Positions 27,125-38,000 of a stretch of 64,000 nt of DNA are shown here, one piece after another (position 1 is the first letter of the stretch; each line of letters begins with the position of its first letter). The stretch is from a phage, in sequence record PV805638.1; one strand, 5' to 3'. The notes below the pieces were generated by a model, which was given only the letters and a program-made list of their open reading frames with translations, searched no databases and was not told the origin of the DNA. Both the position numbers and the translations under genes were made by a program.

Positions 27125-28082
27125 TGTCTCACTAGCTCTGGCTGTATGGCTATTGCATGATGAGTATGATTATGTAGACAATCCTAAGTACCTGTCTGCT
27201 ACTACATTGCTTAAGCCTATTAAGCAAATCGTCATGAAGCATCGTGTAGATTTCAGTGACCAGTCCATTGATGTTATGGATTTTGTTTCCACATCAATGG
27301 GTACTGGCTTACATGATTCTATCGAGAAAGCCTGGAAGCTGGGTCATAAGACTGCATTGAAGAAGCTGGGTTATCCTCAGCGAGTAATTGATGCAGTAGT
27401 CATTAACCCAACCAAAGAAGACTTTGCTGCTAACCCTGACCTTATCCCAATCTACATTGAACAACGTGGAACCAAGCAGGTTAAGGGATGGACTATTGGT
27501 GGTAAATTCGACATCGTAACAGAAGGTCTGTTGCAAGACTTCAAGTCTACCTCAACCTATTCCTGGGTTGCTGGTTCCCGTGATGATGAACACAAGATGC
27601 AAGGCAGCTTGTACCGTTGGATTCACAACGACATCATTACTGAGGATGTAATTCGTATTAACTACATCTTCACCGACTTCATGAAACACATGGCTAACAG
27701 CAATCCGAACTATCCTGCTAATCGTATTATGCATAAGGATATTCCGTTACTGTCTGTCGAGAAGACTGAGCGTTGGGTGGAAGAGAAGATTCACTTAATC
27801 GAAAAGTACTGGGATGCACCTGAAGAGGAAATCCCTGAATGTACTGACGAGGAGTTGTGGCGAACAGAGCCACAGTTCAAATACTTCTCTGATGCTTCTA
27901 AGGTAGATGTACCTGGAGCCAGAAGTACCAAAAACTTTGGCGATATGGCATCTGCCCGTATCTTCATGACTGAAAAAGGTGGCAAGGGTGCTATCAAGGT
28001 TGTGGAGGGGCAGGTTAAACGCTGTTTATATTGCCCTGTCGCATCCATTTGCAAACAAAAAGAGAGATATTTCCCATCATGA
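27102..28082 (+). CDS. PD-(D/E)XK nuclease (Cas4/RecB-like, C-terminal Cys cluster)
   Basis: GKFDIV ... QDFK nuclease core and C-terminal CLYCPVASIC. Confidence 0.5.
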   Translation: MKVTNNHDVSLALAVWLLHDEYDYVDNPKYLSATTLLKPIKQIVMKHRVDFSDQSIDVMDFVSTSMGTGLHDSIEKAWKLGHKTALKKLGYPQRVIDAVVINPTKEDFAANPDLIPIYIEQRGTKQVKGWTIGGKFDIVTEGLLQDFKSTSTYSWVAGSRDDEHKMQGSLYRWIHNDIITEDVIRINYIFTDFMKHMANSNPNYPANRIMHKDIPLLSVEKTERWVEEKIHLIEKYWDAPEEEIPECTDEELWRTEPQFKYFSDASKVDVPGARSTKNFGDMASARIFMTEKGGKGAIKVVEGQVKRCLYCPVASICKQKERYFPS

Positions 28083-30232
28083 GTATTGACCTTACCGGAG
28101 TAGTGCATCATCAGGCGATTGAAGAAATCGTAGATGTGCTCTGCAATAAAACCCAGAATAACGACCGGGGATTCTTCCGTGTCGAAGTAGCCTACTTCTT
28201 GGCTAAAATGGCATCCTGCATGGGTGCAACCATCGTAACTAAAGACCGTGGTGACCTGCCGGTAAACATCTACGCTATGGCGTTGGCTACATCTGGTTTC
28301 GGTAAAGGTCACTCGGTAAATATCATTGAAGACGGGTTCATGACTGGCTTCCGTAAACGTTTTATGGAAGACACCATGCCCGTCATTGCAAATGACCGTT
28401 TATGGAAGATTGCTAACGAACGTGCTGCTCGTCAGGGTACGGACCAGAATGATGAGTTCGATAAAGTTGAGGCAGAGTATAAGCGTGCTGGGGCATTCCC
28501 ATTCACATTCGACTCTGGTACAGCACCTGCTGTAAAACAGCTTCGTCACAAGCTGCTTATGGCTGGTTGTGGTGCTATTAACTTACAAATTGATGAGATT
28601 GGTTCCAACCTCATTGCCAACGTTGAAGTTCTTAACCTGTTCCTTGAGTTGTATGACCAGGGGAAAGTAAAACAGAAGTTAACCAAGAACACTGCTGAAA
28701 GTATTCGTGGTGAAGAACTGGATGGTAAAACTCCTGCTAACCTGCTGCTGTTCGGTACTCCGAGTAAGCTGCTGGATGGTGGTCAGACCGAAGACCAGTT
28801 CTATGATTTCCTCGATACAGGGTATGCACGTCGTTGTCTATTTGCCATTGGGCACTTAGATAAACGAGCACATGCAACGATGACTCCGGAAGAAATCTAC
28901 CATAACCTGATTAAGCAGGATAACGTTCAGTCTCTTGGTAAGTGGGCCAACCACTTCCATAGTCTGGCTGACCCAAACCTGTTTGGCTTTAAGATGATTG
29001 TGGAAGATGCAGTGGGTATTGCTCTGATTGCTTACAAAATTGATTGTGAGAAACAAGCAGAGGCTATGGCTGACCACGAAGAAATTCGTAAGGCTGAAAT
29101 CTCCCATCGTTACTTCAAGGCTCTTAAACTGGCAGGTGCATTGGCGTTTGTTGACCAGAGTTCATTCATTGAGATGTCTCACCTTAAACAAGCAATCCTG
29201 CTCGTAGAAGAATCTGGGGCAGCATTCCAGGGTATTCTCAATCGTGAGAAAGCCTATGTGAAGCTGGCTAAGTACATTGCCTCCGTAGGTAAAGAGGTTA
29301 CTCATGCTGACTTGCTGGAGTCGTTACCATTCTATAAGAGTGGTAATGCAGCTCGTAATGAGATGATGACTCTTGCTACAGCATGGGGTTACAAACAGCA
29401 CATCATTATTAAGAAGACCTTCAATGAAGGTATTGAGTTCTTCCGTGGGGAGACTCTGAAAGAGACTGACACCAATGAGATGATAGTGGCATATAGTGAT
29501 AGCTTTGCTTATGACTATGTTGGTGAACGTGTACCGTTTGACCAGCTACATGTATTAACCCAAGCTCCCGGTATGCACTGGGTAAACCATCACATGAAGA
29601 ATGGGCATCGTTCTGAAGAGAACGTTATTCCAGGATTTAACATGATTGTTATTGACTGTGATGGTGGAGTACCACTGCATACGTGCCATGAACTGATGAA
29701 GGAATATAAGTTCATGACCTATACCACTAAGCGTCATACCGATGAAGAGAACCGTTTCCGTTTGATTATTCCAATGAACTATGAGTTACACCTCGACACT
29801 GAGGAATACAAAGAGTTCATGAATAACGTTATGGCTTGGCTACCATTCGAAACGGATGAGTCTGCTAACCAACGAGCTAAGAAGTGGATGTCCTGTGAGA
29901 CTGGTTCCTATCATTACAACCTTGATGCGAATCTGTTGGATGTACGTGACTTTATTCCTCGTACCAGTAAGAACGAGCAGTTCCAGAACCAGATGAAGGA
30001 AGTTCAGTCGTTGGATAATCTGGAGCGTTGGTTCGCTGGTCGTATTGCCTCCGGTAATCGTAATAATCAAATGATTAAATACGCACTGGCATTAGTAGAC
30101 AGTGGTTGGGACTTTGCTCAGGTACAGCAAGCCGTCTACTCATTCAATAAGAAACTGGCTAATCCATTACCAGATGATGAATTGAATTCAACCGTAATGG
30201 TCACCGTGGCTAAACGCTTCGCTGGCAAGTAA
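28079..30232 (+). CDS. putative DNA primase (N4-like replication module)
   Basis: about 717 aa; position between nuclease and ATPase/SSB as in N4-like phages; no motif confirmed by eye. Confidence 0.4.
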   Translation: MSIDLTGVVHHQAIEEIVDVLCNKTQNNDRGFFRVEVAYFLAKMASCMGATIVTKDRGDLPVNIYAMALATSGFGKGHSVNIIEDGFMTGFRKRFMEDTMPVIANDRLWKIANERAARQGTDQNDEFDKVEAEYKRAGAFPFTFDSGTAPAVKQLRHKLLMAGCGAINLQIDEIGSNLIANVEVLNLFLELYDQGKVKQKLTKNTAESIRGEELDGKTPANLLLFGTPSKLLDGGQTEDQFYDFLDTGYARRCLFAIGHLDKRAHATMTPEEIYHNLIKQDNVQSLGKWANHFHSLADPNLFGFKMIVEDAVGIALIAYKIDCEKQAEAMADHEEIRKAEISHRYFKALKLAGALAFVDQSSFIEMSHLKQAILLVEESGAAFQGILNREKAYVKLAKYIASVGKEVTHADLLESLPFYKSGNAARNEMMTLATAWGYKQHIIIKKTFNEGIEFFRGETLKETDTNEMIVAYSDSFAYDYVGERVPFDQLHVLTQAPGMHWVNHHMKNGHRSEENVIPGFNMIVIDCDGGVPLHTCHELMKEYKFMTYTTKRHTDEENRFRLIIPMNYELHLDTEEYKEFMNNVMAWLPFETDESANQRAKKWMSCETGSYHYNLDANLLDVRDFIPRTSKNEQFQNQMKEVQSLDNLERWFAGRIASGNRNNQMIKYALALVDSGWDFAQVQQAVYSFNKKLANPLPDDELNSTVMVTVAKRFAGK

Positions 30233-30288
30233 GTAAACAGGAGTCTTTCTTTGGTTTGAAGGACTCCTAAACTAAACGAGGAAAAATA

Positions 30289-31041
30289 ATGTCCGAAGAA
30301 ATCTCCAATGATATGAACACTCAGCTAATTCTGATTGCAGGATTCTCAGCGAGTGGTAAATCAGCATCATTGCGTAATATCCGGAACCAGGATCGCTGGT
30401 TGTATCTGAATACGGAAGCAGGTAAGCGTCTACCTTTCCGTAATAAGTTCAACACCTACAACATTGAAGACCCATATCAGATTTGGGAAGCATTTGATGT
30501 TGCATCTCCGGGTGGTGAAATGGCAGACGATGTTGATGGTATCATTATCGACTCTGCTACCTTCATGATGGACATGCTGGAATCCCAGTATGTATTGCCA
30601 TCTGCTAATACCCAGAAAGCCTGGGGAGACTTTGCACAGTTCTTTAAAATACTGCTGCAACAAAAAGTCGTTAAGTTTGGTAAGCCAGTAATCATTACTG
30701 CTCATGCCAAAGATGAACTCGATGAAGCTGCTGGTGTGATGAAAACATTCATCCCGGTTAAGGGTTCACTGAAGAACAATGGCCTTGAGGCTTACTTCTC
30801 TACAGTGGTTTATGCAGAACGCGTAGACATTAAAGAACTGGAGAAGTATGGCAACAAGATGCTTGATATTACGGAAGAAGAACGTGACTTAGGCTATAAG
30901 CACGTATTCCAGACTCGCCCAACCAAGAAGTCTGTTGGTAAACGACTTCGCTCACCAATGGGTATGTTTGATAAGTCGCAGACTTACATTGATAATGATG
31001 CCCAAAAACTCTTAGACCATCTGGCTGAATACTACGCTTAA
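30289..31041 (+). CDS. P-loop ATPase (RecA-like / Sak4-like)
   Basis: Walker A GFSASGKS; Walker B-like IIIDSATF; 250 aa. Confidence 0.5.
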   Translation: MSEEISNDMNTQLILIAGFSASGKSASLRNIRNQDRWLYLNTEAGKRLPFRNKFNTYNIEDPYQIWEAFDVASPGGEMADDVDGIIIDSATFMMDMLESQYVLPSANTQKAWGDFAQFFKILLQQKVVKFGKPVIITAHAKDELDEAAGVMKTFIPVKGSLKNNGLEAYFSTVVYAERVDIKELEKYGNKMLDITEEERDLGYKHVFQTRPTKKSVGKRLRSPMGMFDKSQTYIDNDAQKLLDHLAEYYA

Positions 31042-31081
31042 GCGTTTGCCTGGTTGTTAATCACTTATTAGGAAAAATATT

Positions 31082-31885
31082 ATGGCACTGTTCGGTAACT
31101 TGAAAGAAAAGACCAAAAACGTTGAAGCTGCAAAAGACTCCCTTGGTGGTGGTGGCTTCGGTGCAAAAGAATCCGATATCTACACTGGTACTGTAAAAGT
31201 AGCTTATGTAGGTAAAGCTGACTCTGGTGCAGACTGGATGCAGTTAATCATCGAAAACCTGAAAGGTTCTGACGGCAATGATGCTGGTGAGTTCCGTGCT
31301 CAGGTGTACTTTACTTCTGGTAATGCTAAAGGCAATAAGCCAACTTACGAGAAGAACGGTAAAGAGTACTTCTTGCCTGGTTACACTGTCATTAATGACA
31401 TGATGCTTATGGCTACTGGTTGTGAACTGCCAGATGCAGACTTCGAAGAGAAGATTGTTAAAGTCTATGACTTCGATCTGAAAGCTGAAACCAATAAGTC
31501 TGTCATGGTTCCAGTTGACCTGGTTGGTCAGACTGTTACCTTCGCTCTGGAAAAGGTTCTGGAAGCTAAGCAGGTTAAAGGTGACAACGGTTACGTTGAC
31601 TCCGGTGAAACTCGTGAAGTAAACGAGATTCAGAAAGTGTTTCATCCGGAACTGCTGGTCACAGTCGTCGAGGCTCAGGAAGCAGAGAAGGCTGAGAAAG
31701 AACTGACCCCAGAACTGGCTGTATTCTATGGAGCATGGCTGGAAAAGAACAAAGGTAAAACCCGTGATAAGACCAAGGGTTCTACTGGTGGTAATGGTAA
31801 AGGTGGCTTGCCTCCTAAACCAGGTGCAGGTGCTGGCACAGGTACTACTCCAGCTGGTGGTAAATCTCTGTTCGGTAAGCGTTAA
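31082..31885 (+). CDS. putative single-stranded DNA-binding protein
   Basis: 267 aa, Gly-rich C-terminal tail; size and position match N4 SSB as I recall it; synteny-based. Confidence 0.45.
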   Translation: MALFGNLKEKTKNVEAAKDSLGGGGFGAKESDIYTGTVKVAYVGKADSGADWMQLIIENLKGSDGNDAGEFRAQVYFTSGNAKGNKPTYEKNGKEYFLPGYTVINDMMLMATGCELPDADFEEKIVKVYDFDLKAETNKSVMVPVDLVGQTVTFALEKVLEAKQVKGDNGYVDSGETREVNEIQKVFHPELLVTVVEAQEAEKAEKELTPELAVFYGAWLEKNKGKTRDKTKGSTGGNGKGGLPPKPGAGAGTGTTPAGGKSLFGKR

Positions 31886-32439
31886 TGAAAATCCCAATTG
31901 TCGGTGCAGACATTAGTCTCCGCAATTGGGGATTAGCTCGTGGGATGCTGGACATTGAGTCCGGCGTCTTCGAGCAGGTCGAACTTAAACTGGTTCAAAC
32001 TGAAGTTGACCACAACAAACAAGTTCGAACCAACTCCAAAGATATACAAGCTGCCCATGATTTGTTTCTTGGTTGTGAAGAATGGTTACGGTCTGCTAAA
32101 GCAGTATTCGTAGAAGTACCAGTAGGCTCTCAGTCTGCTAATGGTATGAAGTCTTATGGTGTATGCGTAGGATTAATCGGTGCATTCCGCGCATTGGGTT
32201 GCCCAATCTTTGAAGTATCCCCAATTGAAAACAAACTTGCACTGGTCGGTGATAAAACCGCATCCAAAGACACGATGATTCGTGCTGCTCATGCCATCTA
32301 TCCCGAAGCCAACTGGCTCACGGATAGTAAAGGTAAACTTCTGAATAAGAACGAGCACTTAGCTGATGCAATCGGTGCAATCCACGCTGGGGTAAATCTT
32401 CCAGCTTTCCAGAATCTCATTAAATTAATAAAGGCATAA
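31885..32439 (+). CDS. RuvC-like Holliday junction resolvase
   Basis: IVGADISLRNWG N-terminal catalytic-Asp motif and HLADAIGAIHAG C-terminal motif. Confidence 0.55.
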   Translation: MKIPIVGADISLRNWGLARGMLDIESGVFEQVELKLVQTEVDHNKQVRTNSKDIQAAHDLFLGCEEWLRSAKAVFVEVPVGSQSANGMKSYGVCVGLIGAFRALGCPIFEVSPIENKLALVGDKTASKDTMIRAAHAIYPEANWLTDSKGKLLNKNEHLADAIGAIHAGVNLPAFQNLIKLIKA

Positions 32440-32440
32440 T

Positions 32441-32890
32441 ATGCAAATCGTTCTGAACCAGTCTGAAGTAGAAGCTGCTATTGAAGCTTATGTAAATGAG
32501 CAAGTTAATCTTGCCGGGGACATTAATATCCTGGTGAATGCAGATGGTACTGCCACAATCGGTATTAATGAAGAGGCCGGTCATAGTGATGACACTCCCC
32601 CCGTGGTAGAGAAGAAGACTCGTCGTTCTCGTAAGAATCCACAAGAAGCCAAACACCGTCCGGTAGAACCGGAACCGGTTGTTGAGGATGAAGCCGAAGA
32701 AGAGGTAAAGGAAGAAGAAATCCCGACCTCTACTGGTGGACCGAACGGGAGTTCTACGCCGGAACCTGAAGAAGTAGTAGCTGAACCAGAAGCACAAGAA
32801 GAAGTTGTGCAGGAGGAAGTTAAGGCAGAAGAACCAGCAGAGAAACCTGCTGCGAAGCCTTCACTGTTCGCTGGCCTAAAACGTAGTTAA
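32441..32890 (+). CDS. acidic low-complexity protein (Glu/Pro-rich C-terminus)
   Basis: 149 aa; EEEVKEEE and PEPEEVVAEPEAQEEVV tracts. Confidence 0.5.
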   Translation: MQIVLNQSEVEAAIEAYVNEQVNLAGDINILVNADGTATIGINEEAGHSDDTPPVVEKKTRRSRKNPQEAKHRPVEPEPVVEDEAEEEVKEEEIPTSTGGPNGSSTPEPEEVVAEPEAQEEVVQEEVKAEEPAEKPAAKPSLFAGLKRS

Positions 32891-33609
32891 TCTGGTAGGT
32901 GGCTCAGAAGCTGCTGCTAGGTGTGGTAGTGTTTATAGTTCTGATGCTACTACTGGTCAGGATTATAGACGTGTCGGCTCCATACATAGCTTTTATCATC
33001 ACTGTCATTATCCTGTGGAAATGCAGTGGTAAACACGGTGGTGACAAGCCGCCAGAATAACAACAACCGAACCAGTGGATTGGAATACTCTCCCCAGTCC
33101 ATTGGTTCAACCGAGGCTGATATGAACAAATTTACTATTCACTGGCTCAATGGAAAGGTTAGTTCTTTCATGGGTGGAGAACCTGTTGAAGGAAGCATTG
33201 AAAAAGAGTAGTTAATATCGTGAAGGGTTCTGTTAGAATCCTTTGAGATAGGAACTCCTATCATAACCATTCTTAACTTAATCCTGCCGTATGGCACTGA
33301 CGCTAGGGGTGGCCCCCCATCCGTCAGACAGACTATTTTAAGAATAGGTTATCACAGAAAATGTAAAGCAACATTTGGGTTAATCAATGGCCTCTCCTAT
33401 AGGGGCCATTTCTGAATCTCAGGCTATATCCCAAAGATTAGTGTCTTTGGGATAAGGCTTCAGATCCCTTATCAAACTAACGCTCATGTTGAGCACAACA
33501 TTAACCAATAATGTCGGATAGTTCGTTACGCTATTCATTCAGCATCGAGATGTTAGGTCTTACATGTAAAATAAAACATAGGGTAAAGAGGGACTCATCC
33601 TCCCTCTCC

Positions 33610-33925
33610 TATTATAATGGTCGAGGTAGCACGTAGGCATGTGTAGAAGGTCGCTACTTCTCTCGCTGGTTCGAGTCCAGATGCCGGAACCAATTCGTGA
33701 GAACTCTTATCTTGGCTACCGGGAAAGGAGTGAAAAATATTCGTAAACTACTCCCCAATTAGGTTCAACTCCTAAACCAGGGTAAGTGTTCTCACAAATT
33801 GGAAGAATTAAGACGGGTCTGGTGAAGTAGATGGGGTTCGATTCCCTCCGGTGGAGTAATCCACTAGCGTGCTTGGTGCACGAATAAGACTTAATACTGG
33901 TGGTTCGATTCCATCCCCCGTTACC
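33610..33925 (+). tRNA. tRNA-like elements: three T-arm motifs (GGTTCGAGTCC at 33668, GGTTCGATTCC at 33835 and 33902); cloverleafs not verified
   Basis: Three canonical T-stem-loop motifs in 250 bp of an ORF-free region, one followed by ...GGAACCA; I could not close standard acceptor stems by hand. Confidence 0.3.
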
Positions 33926-34335
33926 CGAAGTCGCCAGGTACTTATGGCAAACAACGAGGTAGTAACGAACTAGTCATTCGTCAAACGCCTCACCTAATTA
34001 TGAGTCAGCAAGAGCGCCTTCACTTAAACTTAAACAAAAAAGCTTAACGCAATAATTATGTAGGGGTATGTAAGGATTGCGAAGAAGGAGCCAGTTAGAG
34101 CCTGGCATGACTCTCCCATTTAGCAGTAACATAGTCCTGATTGCATAGCACTCTAAAGACAACACTGGTAAGACAGTCCAGTGGCTGCTAATGTATTGAT
34201 ATTCCCCTCGACGGGAATTTCGCTAGTGAAGGTAACACTTAAAAATCCAAACCTACGTCTTACTACTATCGGGCTATCAACCCACTAGTGATAGTAGTTT
34301 GACGGCCTGCCTCGTTGACTGCGTTAAAGTCACTA

Positions 34336-34372
34336 AGTCCCTCGGAGCCGTCACTCTGGGGGACTTTTTTAT
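34336..34372 (+). terminator. terminator-like hairpin with U-tract at end of ORF-free region
   Basis: AGTCCC...GGGGACT stem followed by TTTTTT. Confidence 0.5.
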
Positions 34373-34803
34373 TTGAGAACTACTTATTGGACGATTCATA
34401 TGATTGACCTAATCTTAACCCCGTATGCCTATGAGGTAACGGATAACCGAGGACGTAAGTCTTTGGTGTTTGCAGGTAGCGTAGCCTATAACAACGCAGT
34501 CATGTTTAAATACAAACTTAAACCGCTCTATGAGGCTAACAATGGAATTTGATGATTTAGATTTTGAAGCTATTGAAAAGGCGAACCAGGAGAAACTGGA
34601 ACAGGCTAATCGTGAAGCTGAAGAGTTGGAAAACGCTAAAGATAACAACGATTGCACTAGTGGTGGTTGCACCATTTAACAAACAGGTATATGGTAGTTT
34701 TTACCGAAAGGTACTAAACTACCCGACATGTAGTAAGGCTCATGAAGCCAAAACAAAACAAGCCCTCTTAGTGAGGGCTTTCTCATATCTGTAGGAAACT
34801 ATT

Positions 34804-35034
34804 ATGACGCAAGTATCTATTACCTCTGTTGTTCGTGAAGCCATTCTCAATAATACCGTCCGTACGTATTCATTCGATGAAATCGCAGAGAAGCTAGGAG
34901 TAACTCGTTACGTAGCTAAAAAACTCTACTTCACATTCCTATGGTTCCCTACGGAAGAAACATTACGGAAGATTAAAGAGACTGGTAAATTTCCAAGTGA
35001 AGGACGTAAGCCTAAAATGTGGAAAACACCCTAA
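34804..35034 (+). CDS. small putative HTH DNA-binding protein
   Basis: AGGAAA RBS; FDEIAEKLGVTRYVAKK HTH-like; followed by bidirectional terminator. Confidence 0.45.
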   Translation: MTQVSITSVVREAILNNTVRTYSFDEIAEKLGVTRYVAKKLYFTFLWFPTEETLRKIKETGKFPSEGRKPKMWKTP

Positions 35035-35043
35035 CTTCTAAAA

Positions 35044-35077
35044 GCAAAGCCCCTCTTTTGAGGGGCTTTCTTATTTT
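35044..35077. terminator. bidirectional intrinsic terminator between convergent gene blocks
   Basis: 9-bp hairpin AAGCCCCTC-TTTT-GAGGGGCTT flanked by A-run and T-run; between + gene end 35034 and - vRNAP stop 35076. Confidence 0.7.
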
Positions 35078-38000
35078 AGTTTACTAAGTTCATCCAAGGG
35101 TTTAGGTTGTGAGCACGAAGCCCCTGACCAAAGCCCCATGAGTAATCCAGACTACCCTTAGCAGCAATACTAAAGATGTTGTCCTGAATAGGTAAGCCAA
35201 CGTTACCAAACATGGTAGGAGTTGGAGCCAGCATCGCCATTGCTGCATGTACTGGGTTATTGCGAATCATGGACACTGCAACCTTAGCTGAACGAATCTT
35301 AAAGTTGTAGAACCACATTAAACCAACGCTTTCCATATACCCACGGAAACGGCCCGGCAGACGGTCATAGTTAATGAACTCTTCGGTTACACGTCCCAGT
35401 GCTTCTTCACGAGTCTTACCTTTACGCTGGGTCAATTCATCATAGATGATTGCTTTAGCGATAAAGTCAGAGTACTCAACCGTCTTCTGGATACCCTGGA
35501 ACAGAGCAGTATCCTTAGTGATAAGTGCATAACGACCAGCAGCACGTACAGACTTAGGTAACTTATCCGCCAGCTTTTCCATGTATTCGTGAAGTTTACC
35601 TTCAGTAATCAGGATGTCATCACGACCAATACCAGCATCTGCAATTGAAGAGAACTCACCAGCTTCTATCAGAGGCCAGATACTCATACGCTTATGGCTA
35701 TCAGTAATGGACTGAATCTCAGCCTTAAGTTTACGAATCTGGTTCGGGTTAGTAGCTGCACGTAATTCTGCTTCTGCATCTACCTGACGTAAACGAGATT
35801 TAAGGTACTGGTTAATCTCAGCAGTCTTCCGTGGAATGCTCTTAGCAATGTTCTTAACCGGTACACCACGAGCAACCATCTGGTAAAGGTTAGCCAAAAA
35901 GTTAACAACAGGTACGACTACTGACTTAACTACAATCAGAGTCTTAGCATCTTTAACTAAGTTTTGAACCAGGTTCTCACCACCCATTAAGTACTTATAG
36001 GCACGGTTACCGGCTAAACCCAGAATAGCTTTTTTAAAGGTATTAAGCGTTTCCGGGGACCAACGAGAATTACCAGACCAAGCATCACCAATCGAAGCTG
36101 CACGATAGCCAAGTGCATCATTCAGCATGTCCCGACGTACCCACAGTTCACCCTCACCAAACAGTTTTTCTGCTTTCCGTCGAGTTTCGCTGTTCATCAG
36201 CTTAAGAGCATCAGCAGTTACTGGGTCCAGTTTAGAACCAAAAAGGTTCACGTACTGGGACTTATTAGCAGCAGACATCTTAATGTCTTCCTTGTACATG
36301 CTATACAGGTTCTCAATCAGCATATCGTTGAAACGCTGAGCCTTAGCTTCTTCCACCTGACGACCACGCCATACACCAATTGCACGGGCAAGATGATTTT
36401 CACCTTCAATATGCTTCAGCATATTAGGGTTAATTGATTCCTCATAAGCAACCACATCACCTTTAGCATTATATACGGGCAATAGTGGTTCATTACCACG
36501 TTCACCACGAGCTAGTGCTTTAGCGATACGGTCTACAGAAGGCTTGTCAGTAATACGACCAGCTACCATGGAACCCATCGTAAAGCCTGTACCGAGGTCT
36601 ACACCACCAGCAGTATTACGAACGTTCTGTAGAATACCTTGTGAGAACGGAGCCTGTGCCTGTACTGGGGCAAAGTAGTAGCTACGTGCCAGACCTCGGT
36701 TAGCAGAGCTACCTTGATAAGTACTCAGACGTACATAGGACTTCTCTATCAAATCACCAAACTGGCTATCTTCAGCAACAACCAGACTAACACCCTGTTT
36801 AGTCTCACTAGGGATATACCCTTTGTACTGGTTCAGGGTTGCACGCATATTAGATTTGGCTTTAGCCATTTCATCTTTACGCTGCCCAACCAGGTAAGAA
36901 GTAGCAAAGTCCATTCCCTCAACTTCTGTCTGAGCCAGTGAAGATAACATCTCACGGTCGGACTTGTTCATTGCTTCCAGTGCATACAGGGTAATAAGTT
37001 TATCCAGTTGAGCTACATCTACAATAGAGCGAGTAGTCTTACGTTCACCTAACATACGAGAGATTGCAGTAGCATTCCGCAGCAAGTTTTTACCGACTGT
37101 GCCATTAATCATGTACTGAGCCAGTTGCTTAGATTTACGGTTAATCAGAGGCCAGTTACGACCAGCTTGTTTCTGCAAATCTGCTTCCAGCTTATTCACT
37201 TCACGGTCAACAATCTTCTGGTCAGATAGCAGGTCACGGATTTCAGCCAGAGACATGGTGTCACGCAGGACAGCTAAGTCAGTTTTACCCATACCAGTGT
37301 ACATTGCTTTCCACTCATCCTTAGTCAGCTTACGGCTGAACTTAGATGCGATAGTGGTAGGCAGGTGTTCACGGAACTGCTGACGGTCAGCCTGCACCTG
37401 TGCACGAACTGCTTTAATCAAATCGTATACAGAAGCATTACTCTTAGTACGACCGGTTAAGTCATTAACCAGGTCATGGAAAGGTTGCCATACTTTACCC
37501 TGGTTCATTGCAACCATAACGCCTTCAGCTACGTTTGCACCATTCTTCTCTGTAGCAATAGCAGCCATTAGTTGTGCAGCATGAGCAGCACCCTTAACCA
37601 ATGGATTTTTGGTATTGGCTGCAACTTCACGAGCACTTTCTAAAACACGGGTAGACAGTACATCAATAGAGTCCACCAAATACTGGTTAGCACGGTCAAT
37701 AGCATTACCACTAGGAGTAGCAACGGAATCATAGAATGACTGTGCATTAAGGCTAGTCTGCATGATTGTTTGAGCCAGTGCATCCATACCTTCCTGTACG
37801 TTGGTAGCTTTAGTGTCACCTGCTACACGAGCATTCAGGCTTGCCATTGCAGCAGTACCAATGTTAGTCAGCATTGCATCGACGGTATTCCCAGATTTCT
37901 TATCTGCTTTCATAACAGGAATGTTAGCCAGTACATTACGTACCTCTTCACTTACCATTGCCAGACCAACAAAGGTAGGCAGTATTGAAGAACGACCCTG

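Noticed and set aside
28031-28078. ORF-track TTG start at 28031 for the primase
   Set aside because: ATG 28079 overlaps the upstream stop in an ATGA coupling arrangement, which is the pattern used throughout this operon
33610-33925. Canonical tRNA genes at the three T-arm motifs
   Set aside because: Not rejected as tRNA-like elements, but I could not pair standard 7-bp acceptor stems or D-arms by hand, so I did not call individual tRNAs or isotypes; needs tRNAscan-SE or ARAGORN
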